A DNA stretch of 64,000 nt from positions 23,748,001-23,812,000 of the forward strand of contig CM119372.1 of NCBI GenBank assembly GCA_051294905.1, written 5' to 3'. The stretch's first letter is position 1. Each line of letters opens with the position of its first letter. Below the pieces are notes generated by a model, which saw only the letters and a list, made by a program, of their open reading frames with translations, did not search any database and was not told the DNA's origin. This document shows positions 25,701 through 40,700 of this stretch, in pieces. Position numbers and translations under genes: made by a program. This stretch comes from Botryllus schlosseri. Taxonomy: Eukaryota.

Positions 25701-28700
25701 TCCACAGGAAATTGCGCAAAGCGCTCGTCAACCAAATTTATACCCTTCGCGACCCAAACTTTCAGAATCCCTGCGATACGGTATGTATATATATATATAT
25801 ACTCGAGGCAACGACTATTTCTGCAGCAACCAACAGCACGGTAGTTGATTACTAGGGCGACTTTTTTACCTAAAAAAGAGAAGATTTTGACCTAAAAAAA
25901 CATTTTTTTACAATAAATAACTTAATTTTGAATTTTTAAATTTGGACATCATGTATGTAAATTAGGTATTTTCCCACATAAATTTTAGAATTGTACTACT
26001 TATGTTCATTTCTGGTTGGAACTGTCTGTCCTCACGAAGTGGTTTGGCCTGAGAAATCTTATTTGACTTGAAAACTGACAAATCTTTACATGAAAAATCT
26101 CGATTTTAACGTAATCTGGACCTATGAGTATCCCAGTGGTGTCATCACGCATTATGGTAGAAGTAATTAAAATTTGTTGTCGTACAACGAAGGATACTTT
26201 CCCACATTCTCGGTTAGAAAGTGTCTGTCAGTACTAAGTAGCTTGCCAAGAATGGGTAAAGAACGTTCAACTTCAGCAGTACAGATTTGGACGTCGTGAA
26301 TGAACCTGTAGTGATGCCACTCCGGTCGTGTACAAGTGAGTCAGAGTCCGCGTTGAATGCGTTCATTTCAGGTGTTACTGTATCGTCAGTTTTATAGTGA
26401 AAAGTATCAGTCTGGATAATTTGGATCGTGAGGGCGTTTGACATCGACGGTGAAATTTTGCCACCGGGCATATGTGCCGGATTATTAGCTTGATTCCGAA
26501 TTAATTTCCCGTTATCCACACCGTTTGAGAATGACAATCACCGTGGACAAAGACATATTCGTATTGTGCGAAAGCCTTAACATATAGCCCAGTCGGTCCC
26601 TTGACCATCTCCGAAATTCTGATATGAAACCTTTTCCATCACACGAATGAATATAAATCCTTGCTCGCGTTCACTAAAATCTTGCGCATAGCCCACGAGT
26701 CACATACGTGTCATGGTGGAAATCAGTTTTATATCCGTGTGCAGCAGTAAGATACTTTCCTCAATATGCTGACCCGAAGTGCAGGGCGCCTAGCGGGGAA
26801 GTCGCGGTTTTACATCAAAGTCTTCGGTCTGAGCCGACCTACCTGCTCGCGACTAGTCGCTAGGGCTGGGCAAAATCGAGTACCTGAGTGATTCGATTCT
26901 GAATCACGTAATATGCTTCGAGTCGAGTCGAGTAACCGAATATCACTCATTATGACGTCATAACATAATTTATGACGTCAAAGTTCAAATATGTACCGTA
27001 TAAGCCACCACAAAGAATAAAATGTCTGTCATCCATCGCATAAAAGATATTGGGGCATTTTTCGACCGTACCGATTGCATTCCACTTGGTGACAATGTTG
27101 TGGGATAATCATGACTTCAGAAATGTGCTACGTCCAGTAACCTTGGTAGCTTTGTACTATATGTTTCGTATGCTACGATACCGCCAATAAAAGTTTCAAG
27201 GCTTTAACAGTGAAAATTAATATGGAAACTATAATTCTCGTTGATAATTTACCTTTCAGTGGTGTGGAGCGTATAATTTCAGTACTCGAAAAAAATCGTA
27301 TTTTACTACTCGACTCAAATCATTAATATTAATACTCGATTCAGATTCGAGTACTAGAATCATTGTGCCCAGCCCTACTCGCGACCTACCGAACGCCTCA
27401 TCATTACGTTAACCCATCGGTTCGTTCATCGTGCGTTCGTGACGATGTGCGAATAGAATATAAATAAGTTCAACGAGACACAAAATTATTCGCGATTTTG
27501 TGTGAGAAACAATGTTTACCGCAAAGCTTCAATAATCCCATTATGCATATCGGCATCCAACATAAGAAGTCCGACGCGAGTATCCAGGTCAGTTTCCGTT
27601 GCATCATCGCGTTTTGTTTGCTGATTTTATCTTCTCCGGAAAATGATCTATTCAGTCTAGTTTTTTTCTCTGTCGCGAGTCTAAAAGGATCGCTCTCGTA
27701 AGGATAAAACACCGGGGTTTTCAATTGGGAAGTCGTTTGGGAAATTGTTTCAGTTCACGAATTAAAGTAGGCTATAATAGACAAACATTGCCAGACATTA
27801 ATATACTATTTTCATACATGTCAGTTATATGAATCTGTTCAATTTCTCATAAGATTGATATTACAGTCAACACAATACTGTAGGCCTCTGATTCAAAAAA
27901 TAGAGACATCGTATAGCATTTGTATAGTTCGCGTTGCGAACAGGCATAGTTATGAATAGGTTAACACGATGATGATGATGAGACTGCAATTGCAGCCGAA
28001 ACAGTATGTAAGAAAATCTGGAAGTAATTCCAAGTCTCAGAGGCATAGGGCCAATTTACCTCGAAATGCCCTCAGTAATTGGTTAAATCGATTCCATCAT
28101 CGCTATTCAAACTATTACAGACTTGCCTATACTCAACTACTGAATGCCTTGCTATAGTTTAATGATATGTAACAAATGGGAGATATTAGTCAATTTGGTT
28201 ATACATATGATCCAAAGGCCGAATGGGGTACATGTATACACTCACCTATACAGCAGTACGTAGACCACGAGCATGAAGGCAAAGGCGATGAAGTTGATGA
28301 CCAAAATCACAGTAGAATATATCCAAGCTTTGTCCTTGTTACGATCGGGAAAAAAGGTCGGAAGGCAGACGGTGTGACTCGAATAGTATCCGAATTCATA
28401 AAGTACAGTGATGTTCGGATTGAGTTCCGCAATAAGACTTTTCAAATGTTCCCAGTCCGTGTTCCTGCATAGTACTTTAGGGATGTTTTTCCATTGTATT
28501 ATCGTAGCATATTTGATACATACCCGTAATATTTGCCACGAGTTGAATCATTGTGCATGAGATTGAGCCAATTTATTGTATATGAGATTTCATCATTATT
28601 TATCATCTTGAAGAAATCATTTTCACTGAAGCTGAATATAAGAACAACGCCATGTCATGCATCAAAATGCATGCAGGGAAATTCAATATGCGAGGATTTT

Positions 28701-31700
28701 GCAAAGGATAAGGATTTGCACATAAGTTTGGACTAAATGTCTTAGAGTAATTCGCTACCAACAAGATGGCATAATGTTGAAGCGTGCTGCTGACTAATCA
28801 GTAGGTATTGTGTTAGATTCCTGTTCGGGTCGGACCAAAAACCTAATAATTAAATTTGCTATCTGCGGCTACCCCACTTGGTGATTAGCATCTCCAGGAT
28901 ACCATGGAGGGGTGAGACTAAGAAAGCAAATTGTTTGTCCAGCGGCATATGTAGCCTACATCATGCGCTCATATATAGTATGCATAAGCACAGGACGTGT
29001 GTATGTATATCACGAGTCAGTGTGTATGTGCCGTAAATCAAGGGAAAAAAAATAAAACGCAAGTGTCCTGCAATATTTCGTATGCTGAGATTCATGCTCG
29101 GTATCGTATAGCTGGCCCTTACGCGACACTGCTCTTGAAAATATCTTCGTAGCGCGGTATCACAGGAAAGACTGCGATCAATATTGAAATCGCCCACGTC
29201 GCCAGAATTGCTATGATCGTGCGGCCAATTTTGGCAGTAGCGAAGGGCCTGTCAAAAACGGCAACAATAAGGGCTACGATTTATGTACAATAGTCGGATC
29301 CATTTGCATGAAGGCAGCGGATCACCGATTATAATATAACCTATAGTGAAAGGTCTTTCATGAAGTGCACTTTCTATATTAGAATTAAAATATTTCAACC
29401 TAGCACAATCGCAATATATAGTACGATGCTGGTATTACTTAATGCCCACCTTGCTATTGAGTGCAATCTATAAAATGCGATCAAAACCATAGTGAAAACA
29501 GATTGCTCCGATCCAATAAGCAATATAACTCCTAGCAAAGAGCACGCAGTGCTACTGCGCCATTGTCGATCGACCTTGCAGTACCGCCCATCCACCTCAG
29601 ACGTCTTTATACATATTGCTAACGCGTAAATCTAGAAGTCAAAGGTCAGCCAGTCGTTGAAAATTTATGATTTCGCCAACTTCACTTACGCCAACAAGGA
29701 AATCGGACACTGCTAGGCTCATTATCAAGATATTGAAGAGTTTGGTATGGCCAGACGCTCTTTTCCTCGTCCCCAATCCTTCACGTTTTCTTACGGAATG
29801 ACAAGTGAGTATTACCACAGTGGTACACCCAATGATTGCAGCGATACCTACAGAATCGAAATTGGATAAGGAAAATATAAAAACCCGTCCGCAGATATTT
29901 CAAAAATACAGGAAATCTCGGATAGGTTCCCTATACGCATAAATACGAAATTCTCAAAACTCACTGATTATCCAAACTACAACGAGAATGGTCCTGCTTG
30001 TAATCAATTTTTCTTCGTTGGAGAAAGCGCTGTCAATGCAGCCGAACTGACATTCGTCAGAACCAGATTGGCAATCCTGGATGCCATCGCACACCTATTT
30101 ACCAAAAAAAAAAACATTGTTTTATTTTTATCTTCAAGCCAAGTCGAATGGTGCGGTTATTGATTTGTGCGGAATACCGTTAGTTGAAGTGGTGCATATT
30201 TTGCCTAATTGTCTCGTGAAGTTGCTAAATCAGTAATCTATACAGCCCAGTAATCTACGCCTGGGGTTGACAACTCGCGGCTCTTTTGTGCATCTGTTGC
30301 GGCTCTTCGTAAAAAGCAAAATAAATGTATATTGCATGACTCATTAGGCTCAAACTTTGTACGACATTGCATTTTCATATACATTGTGATTGTGATATAT
30401 GATGAGTAGGGTGATATTTTTTGACATGTCAAAAAAAGTCTAAATTAGGTCAAAATTGTAGCGTTAGGTCAAAAAATGTCAAAATTCTTTACAAAGTCGA
30501 AACTTTATGCAACCCGCATTTCGTTTGTATGGTAGATTTTGCACTGTCGGTGAACTTATCATTTGTCACTTTACAGCTTGTAGCCTACTTTATAGGCCTA
30601 CCGTTGTAGATGGCCCATTGGGTGCTCATTGTGAATGATAAACATTCAACTGAAACCAATAGGTTGGCATGGCGTTATGCTCAACGTACCGCAATTTCCG
30701 AACTGAAGCAAGACTGCGTGGGCATTGAATGGTTCTTATATCAAGAAGGGCATCACGGAAAATTGTGATGTAGACACCATCGCCAGAATGAAGCAACACG
30801 GTTTGTCACCAGCAGTGTACGCACAACTTCAGTGTTGTCAGCTAACAACTGCTGCTGTTGAACGTTCTTTCTCCATTTTTGCCAAGCTACTTAGTAAGGA
30901 CCGACACTTTCTACCCGAGAATGTAGGAAAGTATCTTTCGTTGTACTACAACAAATTTCAATTATTTCTATCATAATGAGTAATGTAACTACTGTAATTC
31001 TTCACAGGGCCAGATTTCGTTAAAATAAAGTTTTTTCATGTAAAAACATTGTCAGTTTTTGAGGCAAATAAGTTTTTTTTCGGGGCAAACTACTTCGTAA
31101 GGACAGAGAGTTCCAACCAGAAATGAAGATAAGTAGTACAATTCTAACATTAGGTGGGAAACACCTAATTTGCATACGTTAGATCAACATTTGGTGAAAA
31201 TTAAGATTTTTAAGGTAAAAAATGTCAAAATTAACATATTTTAGGTCAAAATCTTCCGTTTTTTAATAAAAAATTCGCCCTAATGATGAGAGATTAGTAA
31301 CTTTTTGACTGATTTGCCGTCGAGCCGCATATAATCACTAATCACACGCTGTGTTCTCAAGCCCTATAGTCCTCAACAAAATCGCTAACACAAGCATGTA
31401 GTCTATACTCGTAATCTCATATTGTGTGAATGCGGTTTCGCTGCTACCACGCTGCACAGATCACATAAATTTGTTAGCGAGAGTCTGTAATGACAATGCA
31501 CGGCAGACTAGCCGGTCTCTCTCAATAACTACTGCTCGAATTTCGTTGTGAATGTCAAAATCGCGCCTGTGACTCTCTGATGGTACGCAAATATGAGCCA
31601 AAAACTGCTTCATGAGCGCTTTCATATCTTTATATTTGGTAATCCTTTTGCATTCGAATGACGAATCGGTTGCATGGTGTAGTTGTGACCAGAATATTTT

Positions 31701-34700
31701 TCATTCAAGAAGAAAAATATGGCAAGTTATGTTCACCATCGAACCCTTACGTGATTTCTAAAATTGCTTTTTTTTAGGCCGTTACTGCCACAGTATGCCT
31801 CATCCCCCTTCGCACATTATGTTGACGTTCTTGTAGCATAAAAATAATTTTCGAGATAAGTTTATTGAATTTGAAAATTCTACCTAGCGCAGTGAAGCAT
31901 AATTTTTGGCATCACCTGAAAAGGAATCGCGTTAGCACTCGCTTGCAACCGCCGAAGAGATTTCAACAAATGTGCGAATCAGCAGCACGCAATCGTGTGA
32001 TTGTTTGTTTTTATTGAACAATTTTGGCGCTTATCGCCGATAAGGTCATTTGCGCCCGATCATGAATATTGTTTTTTGCTTGATCTTTTTTGTTCGTGGT
32101 ACGATTTTACGATTTTCGCGGACGACTTCGAGTCACACTCGCATCCACGTCTTTCGCTCTTTCTCTCGCACGCGTCATCGTCAGAGTCTGTTGCAGCTGA
32201 TTTCCGTAAGCTCGACTATACTTATTCAACTGGGCTTTTCGTACGACATATGCAGTGAGGTCAGCGATTAGCAGCCCAGATAAATCTCCGACACATAGAA
32301 GTAGGTCCGAACCGGGATTCGAACTACTAACGCAGTCGTGTGATAATATTAGGTTTAGAGTTGCATATACTGTATGCGTCCTGTTGAGTTAGCGTCGACA
32401 ATATCAGCCACACTGTAAGCCAGTGGTTCCCAACGTGGGCGATTTGGCGGTCTAGGGTGGCGAAAATAACGAAGGGGGCGATAGGGGGGCGAAAACGGAC
32501 GAAGGGGCCCATTAGGGGCGAAAACAACGAAGGGGTAATAAGGGGGCGATGGCGCGTTGAAACGGCTATATTGGAGTCGGGACCGTAACTAGCGCACCCC
32601 AAACCCCCCAATTGGGGGTGGGGGCCCGAAATCGAAGGAAGCCCAAAATTATTTCGTGAATTAACATGAATGATTGAGTAATTTTTTAGAAATTCATGCG
32701 ACTTTTTCAAACATTTTTCGCGCTGGGCGCGATTTAATATTTTCATGTATCTTGATGTTGGGGTCCCCGTCACCCAACAAAAATACGCATAATTTATGGA
32801 AATGATAGACTTCGACGTCGGCCATTACTGCGCCACGACGCACCAAGACATATGAAGTTAGAGGCCATGTAATATGCGACTACAAGAAGTGTGCCAGAAC
32901 GATCAGCAGCGAGAAGACCTTGGCCGAAAAGGAATGCCCTTGTGCTGACCGGAAACTTCGATATATATACATATATGTTTAATTGTCCATAGGCGCCTCA
33001 ATGGCTGGCGTCGAATGTTCCTGTCCTGGCGTCCTTAACCCCACAGGACAAATTCCACCCCGCAAGGAAAAAATTATTTGCCAGTGAAGAAATGCCAATA
33101 TGAAATCATGTGCGTCTTTTAGTTTGGTACGCTTTGACGATTTCCATATCTTCTGACATGTAGCAGATATAGGAGGTCACGAAATAGCATCATGTAAAAA
33201 AGTCAATATAACAACGATTCCACCCGAAGATGTTTAATTATTATTTAGGGGTTCTACCTTTTCCAACATATCACATCGACCATATTGACCGATTCAAACA
33301 TGAATTACATAAATTTGTCGCGCTTCGCGTGTTTAGGCGAAATACGGTGACTCACCATACAGTACATGAAATAGGGTATAGCTAACATATAGCGACAAAA
33401 AGCCCACTGGCTGATGGGGATCTGGAGTTTAGTTTATCAACCTATGGGGCCAAAGACCAACGTTTTTTCGGGGGGGTGGCTGACGAAGTGCTGTTTCTCG
33501 GTTCCCAATATTTGGGGGCGATGATCGGTGTGGAGCTTCAAAAGGGGGCGATGAGTCGAAAAAGGTTGGGAATCACTGCTGTAAGCTGTGATCTATGATT
33601 GTGGAAGTTTGTAGGTTGTGTCGTCATAATACCAGATTTGCCACTCACTCGAAAAGCCAGATGTTGGATCGCTACGAGATGTTGAGAATGAAATCAATGT
33701 TTGACTATAGTCTGTGGAAACTGTGGTGATTGTCAGTTGCGGATGAAACAGAGCTCTCGGTTGTTTTATGTGGTCTGAAATAGGTTTAAATTGTTTTTTG
33801 AATGCTGAAGGTTGCCGACCCTTGAGTCTTTCAATTAACGCGTGCAATAATGAAGAAGCGAGCGCAGTATGTCGAAAAGGGCGGGGAATAATTTTAATGC
33901 AACTGTATCGGAACATACATTTAAAATAAAATATTCTATACACAGATGATAATCTGGTGATTAAATTGTCAATTCTCAGTCAAATCAATGAAAGACGTGT
34001 GCTTTATTTTCTTCAACGAGGAGGTTTCATCGGGGGTTTCTGGTATGGAAGGTATGAACATTGGACACGTACAAGTTTCTAGCTAGTGTGAACATGAGGT
34101 TTTATAGAAGGTACGCTGTGAACACGTAAGCGGTGACGGATTCCAGTATTTCAAGCAAAGTTCTCGACAGCGGCACTGCGCTCTATATATGATGTTGTAT
34201 CAAATTTAAATTGAAAGCGTGAAGAACATTTGACTGATGTCCTTTTCTCCAGAAAGCCTCCGTATTTGAACTGTGGCTAAAATATTTTCACGAAAGGTAC
34301 AATTGCAGTCTAGATATTACTGTGGTATCGATGTTACGCGCCATCGACTCTTAACCTTTGCGATGTTACTAACTGCATGCATGCTACATAGTTATTGCAG
34401 GCCTGCGGTACCGTCGCTCAACAGACGAAGTGTTATGAAGCGATGATGCACGACCATAATGTTCAAGCCCCAAATATCCATCTTACCGCATTTTCGTGAA
34501 TGTATTCCAAGATGCCGTCATCGCCACAGTTGAATAGAGAGCAATTGCGTTCATCGGCTCCATCTGGGCAATTCTAAATTTCACATCGATAAATTCGGCA
34601 AATGTTATTCCAGATCTTCCCGCGTAATACGTACCCCACGTCGATCGCAACGATTTTCCATTGGAACATTCGGCAATGGATGATTTGTGCAATAGAAACT

Positions 34701-37700
34701 AAACAAGCATACAAGTCACTGGCAATCTAGACGGTATAGTTCAGAGTATGTGATCGTGGCTTTTGGGGTGGGCCAGGGGGGGCGATGACCTAGTCCCCCT
34801 GGTCGAAGCACCCCTCTTTGGTTTAAGCATTTTTTAAAGGATTATAGCGAATAAATGTGGAAATCCGTGCACCAATCAAGAAGATGATTCCGCAATTCAA
34901 ATCATCAAATCTCCGCATTTGTTAGAAAAGTCCCATATCTAAATAATCATCACGTCTCTGCATGCGGTAGAGTCACTTAGTCTTTATGTAGCCTAGTCTA
35001 TCCTTGCACACATGCAATAATAGATATGGTCTAATAGTCCTGTAGAATTTGGTCTAAAAATGGCTCAACCTAGAAAAAATTCTTATAAAGACATATTATA
35101 AATACTGTTAGAAAGATAATTTTACCAGCTTTTCAATGATAGGTTTTGTCACTTTTTTTACTTTGGGGAAAACAATTTCTGACCAAAAACGTGCCAAGGG
35201 GTAAAAATTGAAATTAGGGAAAAAATAACATAAAAATATGAACAAAAGGCTAGTAACTAATTGACCATCAACATAAAAGCAGGAAATAGAGGCAAAAGGT
35301 ATAAATGAAAATACAATACAATTATATATCGGTTTCGGGGAGTAAGAGTGAGCAAGATGGGGGATAGGGGGGAGGGGGCGCCAGTAGAGCTGTCGGGGTT
35401 CCTTGTAACTTCATTATGTTATTGTTTACTTAACATGGTCAGTTTCATTTACCTTGCCTGTTTTTTAGATAATGTTTAGTCAAAAAGAAACAGCAATTGT
35501 TGTTAAGTGCATAAAAGGCGATCGGACTGGTGATTCACCGTGTCATGTTGGAGCTTATTTCTGTGAGAGTGATAGTACCACTCACCCTTTGGACTAGGGT
35601 TGCATTTAAAACAAAAATCAATTAAAAACAAACATGTTTGAAACAAGTCCCTAATTTAAAACGTGTTTTTGCAAGTCATGACGTCACGAATATTCAATTA
35701 TGACGTCATAAGGGATTGACAATTGAAAATATAGGCTAAATATAGCTCCCATGACGAAATATCTGTACTATAACTGTTGAACCGACTATTTTGAGGGTTC
35801 CAAACATCCCATATCGATATACGTCGGCTAAATAGGGTGGTAATTGTCCGTTGGCTCATACAACATGCTTTTGGAAAGTATTTACACAATTATGGCATAA
35901 TTTTACAACTTAAAAAAATCAAAATTTTGTTTTTTCAATAGGACTTTTCTTTCAAACATGTTTTAAACGAAGTGTTTTAAAATACCATTTGTTTTAAATA
36001 CAACCCTACTTTGGACACTATAATTGATCAATGGTCATGCTTTGAAACTGGACTTTGGAAAACTGATCGCAACTTTGCAGAAATATAAAGAAAATGGCAA
36101 TATTACTTACATCCACACATCATGCCGTAATTTATTGAGAAACCATGCCAGATCCATAAAACGTTTTCGATGGTTTTATCGAAACAACAGGAGTTGAATG
36201 GTTTCGAAGTTAATTTTTTCCCTAGTAATGCAGACACAACAATCGTTCAGGTTGCTTTTGATTCGATAGGTGGGCCACCTGTAACTGTGTGCTCCGACGA
36301 TACTGGTGTCCTTTGCTTGCTGGTGCCTCATGGTATGCACCGCGACCATCCTGATATTTTCTTGACTAACATTGCAAGAGGGAAAACTGCCGGCAAGGAC
36401 ATTGCTAGATATTATTGCGAACATGCGAAGGTAGATGTTATTGTTTTGGAGTATAAGGAAAAGAATGCACCACTCTCATCAGTGGTTCTTAACCGTTTTC
36501 CCGCCAGTGCCCCTTTCAAATATGTTCGTGCTCTAGCACCCCCACCCCCTATGTTAAGGACTCTAATAAAAAGAAGCATAAGGATAAGGATAAGAAGGAG
36601 GGTCGTAACAGCACTTCGTCAGCACCCTCCAAAAATAAACGCTGTTCCTGCCCCCCCCATAGGGTGATACACCAAACTTCTGCGGTATTTGCCCATAATA
36701 CTCCCCGTCGCGAGATTGCGATGGCCAGCAAATTTTATATGGCCTGGGAGCACAAGGCGCGATAATGCATGAATGAATCGGTCAATAACATTGGTAATTT
36801 AATATATATATGTATATCGCCATAGATTTTTTATCCTCTCCGCCCACGTAATCAGATTTGCCGGTAATAGTGCTGAATGCGATGTTGTCTTGAAAAATGT
36901 AGGGAACGTAATTAATATTAATTAAACATTTTCGGGCTGGCCCGTTGGTACAATTACTTCGCTACATGTGGTTATTTTGTGACCTCCTGTCCGCTACATA
37001 GTCAAAAGATATTGAAATCGCATAAACTAAAAGAAACACATGATTCAAAATTGATATTTCTTCACTGGCAAATAACTTTTCTCTGAAAAATGTTATTTGA
37101 CCCGTGGGGTTCGGATTGCCACGATAGAATAATTAGACACGAGCCATTTAAGCAGCTATGGACAATTGGATTAAAAGTTTACTGTCAACATAAGGGCAAT
37201 CCTTTTCGGCTAAGGTTTTCTCGCAGGCAATCTTTTGGCACAACTTTTGGAGTCCCATATTGGCCAATACTTCGTATGCTTTCGTGCATCATGACGTGGT
37301 AATGATCGACGTCCAAATGCCTTTTTCGATTTTCTATAAATCATGCCTATTTTGTCGTGGGGGAAGGGTGCTCAATATTCAAAAATTTGGCATCGGGAAA
37401 TGATGTATAAATAATTTATGTTCATTTACCGAAATAATTCCGGGCCAACGTCGAGGTCGGGACCCCTAATTGGACGGTTTGGGGTACGGCAGTTACGGTC
37501 CTGGTGAGAGGTCAAAGTCCGGTCGCTGTTTCCTGGTTGAGACTTTACTATTGGAAATATTTTGAGCTTCAATAGCATATATATATTAATTGCATGTGGT
37601 ATATTTGGGGTCAAATCAAGGTTGTTATAACAGCAATCGGGGAAGGGTTCATACCATGTGCTTCGAACCAAATGTACGCAATCCGAATTCCCATCTGTGA

Positions 37701-40700
37701 TAGGGAATACGGGGAAATTAATTGTATTGGGTTTTGTTCTAGTGCTTTGTGTGACTAGCAAATCAACTGGAAATGTCATGGAGATATCTGCTGACATTGA
37801 ATTTGGTACTGCACCCAGTTATTAATTTTAACACGAATGTATTGCAAACAAATCTCCGCTCCGCGACGATGTTGGCTACATATGATTTCATTAATGTAGT
37901 AGCCTAAACATCGTCGCGGAGCGCGACCAAAAATTTGGAGATTTGTCGATATGCACTGAAAACTCATTAATGAATAATTGATGTCCTACTACTGCACCAT
38001 CTACTGCGAAGCCATTTTTCTTCAGCACCCCGATATCGCTCCCTGAGCGTTTCCACCCCCTTATGAATACCAATCCTCCCTTGGGGCGCTGGAGACAAAG
38101 TTAAGAACCACTGAGTTACATTCGATAGTTACATGATCATTAATGAGATCTGCGTGACACAGCTCCTAAAGCACGGTAACTGAATACATTTTCGAATATT
38201 ATACCAATGGGTATTGTGTCAATATAAATATTTTGCGTTAGCCGAGAAGATACATCTTGCGATTTCATACGTAGCCACCTCCGACTAACTGTCGAAAGTA
38301 TGCGACCGCCCTTTTACCTCGACCAAATACACTTAGATATTTCAGCCACTTGAAGTAGTTTTCACGTGTCTTAGAAATTACTACTTATACGGTTAATTGA
38401 GTAGAAACTATATGGAGTAACTTGTGCTACTTGAGCATCAACGCCGATCAATTTTACAAATTCCTGTTCATTGTAAAATATTACGGCAAATCAGGAACCG
38501 CCAAAAATGTAAATCTATTTGTGTTTGGAACTGCCGTTTAATGTTGCAAAACTCAAACAAAAAGCCTCGATACCATTTAAAAACATCACTGGTGTGGTTT
38601 TTTGAAATTGTTGACCAGTGTAATTTTATGGGTCAAAAAGAGCTTCTGATTGAACGAAGATAGAAAATCACTGTATTCAAGTTCACCAAAAACTCACTCA
38701 TTCTATATTACAACAACCCAGGTTTCATGATAGATAATTTCAATAACAATATTTGACCTGTTAGTGTTGTATGCTAACCATGATATCAATAACGAAAGCT
38801 GAAATTTGATTAATTTATGAAATTGAGAAAAATTAATACGGAAAAAATCTGATATGATGGAGAAATCATTAGCACAGAATCAGATTCAGCAACTATAAAT
38901 TGGCCTAAATCAATCATTAAAATTTTTGACGCAAAATTTCCTTTGGAAATTAGTAGACCAATGTTAGCCCGGTCTCGGTCAACTTTTGCCCCCTTAAACG
39001 TATAAATACTCCTTAATAAAGTTATGTTTCACTTTTATGCTGTCCGATTGTTAGTTTGCTTTGCTAATAGTAATATTCCAATTCATGGTGTTGTATTCTG
39101 TTACGAAGGTATCGTATTTTAGCTTGTAATTGTATTATAATGTTGGGCAAAATAGTGTTTTACCCCTGGCACGTTTTTTGTCATAATATTTTTTCCCTAA
39201 GGTAAAAAAAAATGACAAAACTTTTCATCGAAAAGCTGATAAAATTATCTTTCCAACGGTATATAATACGTCTTTATAAAAAAATTTTCTAGGTTGACCA
39301 AAAATTCTACAGGACTGTAAGCAGGCGCCTGGTTCATACCTTGAAGTGGTGTGCTGGCTTATTACTAATGTCAGCCGATAGCTTTCCCGATTAGTGTGGT
39401 CTATTTAACCTGTAGCAGTTGTAGCGGTCTTCTAATATTTCACACTACATGCCACACATCTTCAACATGAAGACATGAGCTTTAGTTAACACGGTCACTT
39501 CTTTTATAATTTGACAATGTACGATAAAAGAAGGCTCTGGAGCTAGAGCAATTCCACATTAAAGTCTGCTTCAAAGCCGTTTTATAGTGTCGTACACAGA
39601 TCACGACATTCAGTTTAATATGGTGCACTGATATTAAGTTGGTAACGTTAGATGCGAAATGGGTGTATGGGGCGGAGCCCCCCAAAAGCTGCGATTGCAT
39701 TTAAAAATATGACTCTAGTTAAGTCTTGACCCTAGACATTACAACACTAGCGGTTGATTATGAAACATGTTTATACCAACCATCAACATTTTCGCTGCAA
39801 TATGAATATATATAAAGTCACTTCTTAGTACTTACTTGTTTTTGCATCCTCGTTCGTCTCCCAAGTTTTCACAAAATTGTGCACCGTCACACATTGAATT
39901 TAACCAAACGAGGCTGATGGCTGTTCCGTTGACGGGAACGCATCTATGAATTATGAACTATTGGTTTACTAATTTGTTCTTCGCACTAAACGTGAAGTAA
40001 AATGGATTTTAATTCATGCTTGAAAAACGAAATTGGTTCGATTCGTATTTGGATTAATAATATTTGTGACCTCTGGTTCGGACATGCGATTTAGACGTGA
40101 TACTATGAATGATGTTGCATTTGCGATTGGATTCAAATTTCAACTGGATATGGAATGGACTTTAATTTGGCTATTCTACCGTTTTGTTGGCGGGGGAGAT
40201 AGCGTAGTGGTAACGATAAGTGCCTACCAGGGTTGTGACCAAGTCACAAAGATCCGAGTCACAAGTCAATCTCTTGTTTATAGTTTTGACTCGAGTCAAG
40301 TCGAGTCATTTTCAATTCACCACCGAGTCAAGTCCGAGTCCAAGTCATCGAGCAGAGGGTCGAGTCCGAGTCATGGTATTATGACTCGAGTCCGAGTCCA
40401 AGTCATTGTGTTGTCTGCTCAGTTTTCAGTTAAAGTCTTGTTAGGCCCACTTTTCATAACTCTGTTTGGTGATATCGAATGGTTCGAATTTATAATATAC
40501 TAATTTTCCTCACTTTTGGCAGTTTCTGGTCGCATTTTCAAGTACCAGTACCGATAGACGAAATCTCACTAGGGTGCTTACTTTACTATTTTTCGAAATT
40601 ACTATGAAATGTCGGTCTTGGCCGCCTGAGTCTCGAGTCATATGACTTGGTTCGAGTCATGCGCAATGACTCGAGTCCAAGTCGATTCAATACACAGATT

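Noticed and set aside
26214..26537. 107-aa ORF in the last GPCR intron, possible alternative C-terminus
   Set aside because: No TM7 motif and no convincing in-phase acceptor
28961..29067. Possible exon after the tgcag at 29068
   Set aside because: The required frame hits a stop without a GT donor; 28524-28631 fits better
33593..33800. QIWYYDD RT-like motif
   Set aside because: Too short and degraded to assign; possibly an old non-LTR relic
39403..39525. Similarity with 56380-56500
   Set aside because: Looks like two fragments of an old dispersed repeat, with no coding or structural support
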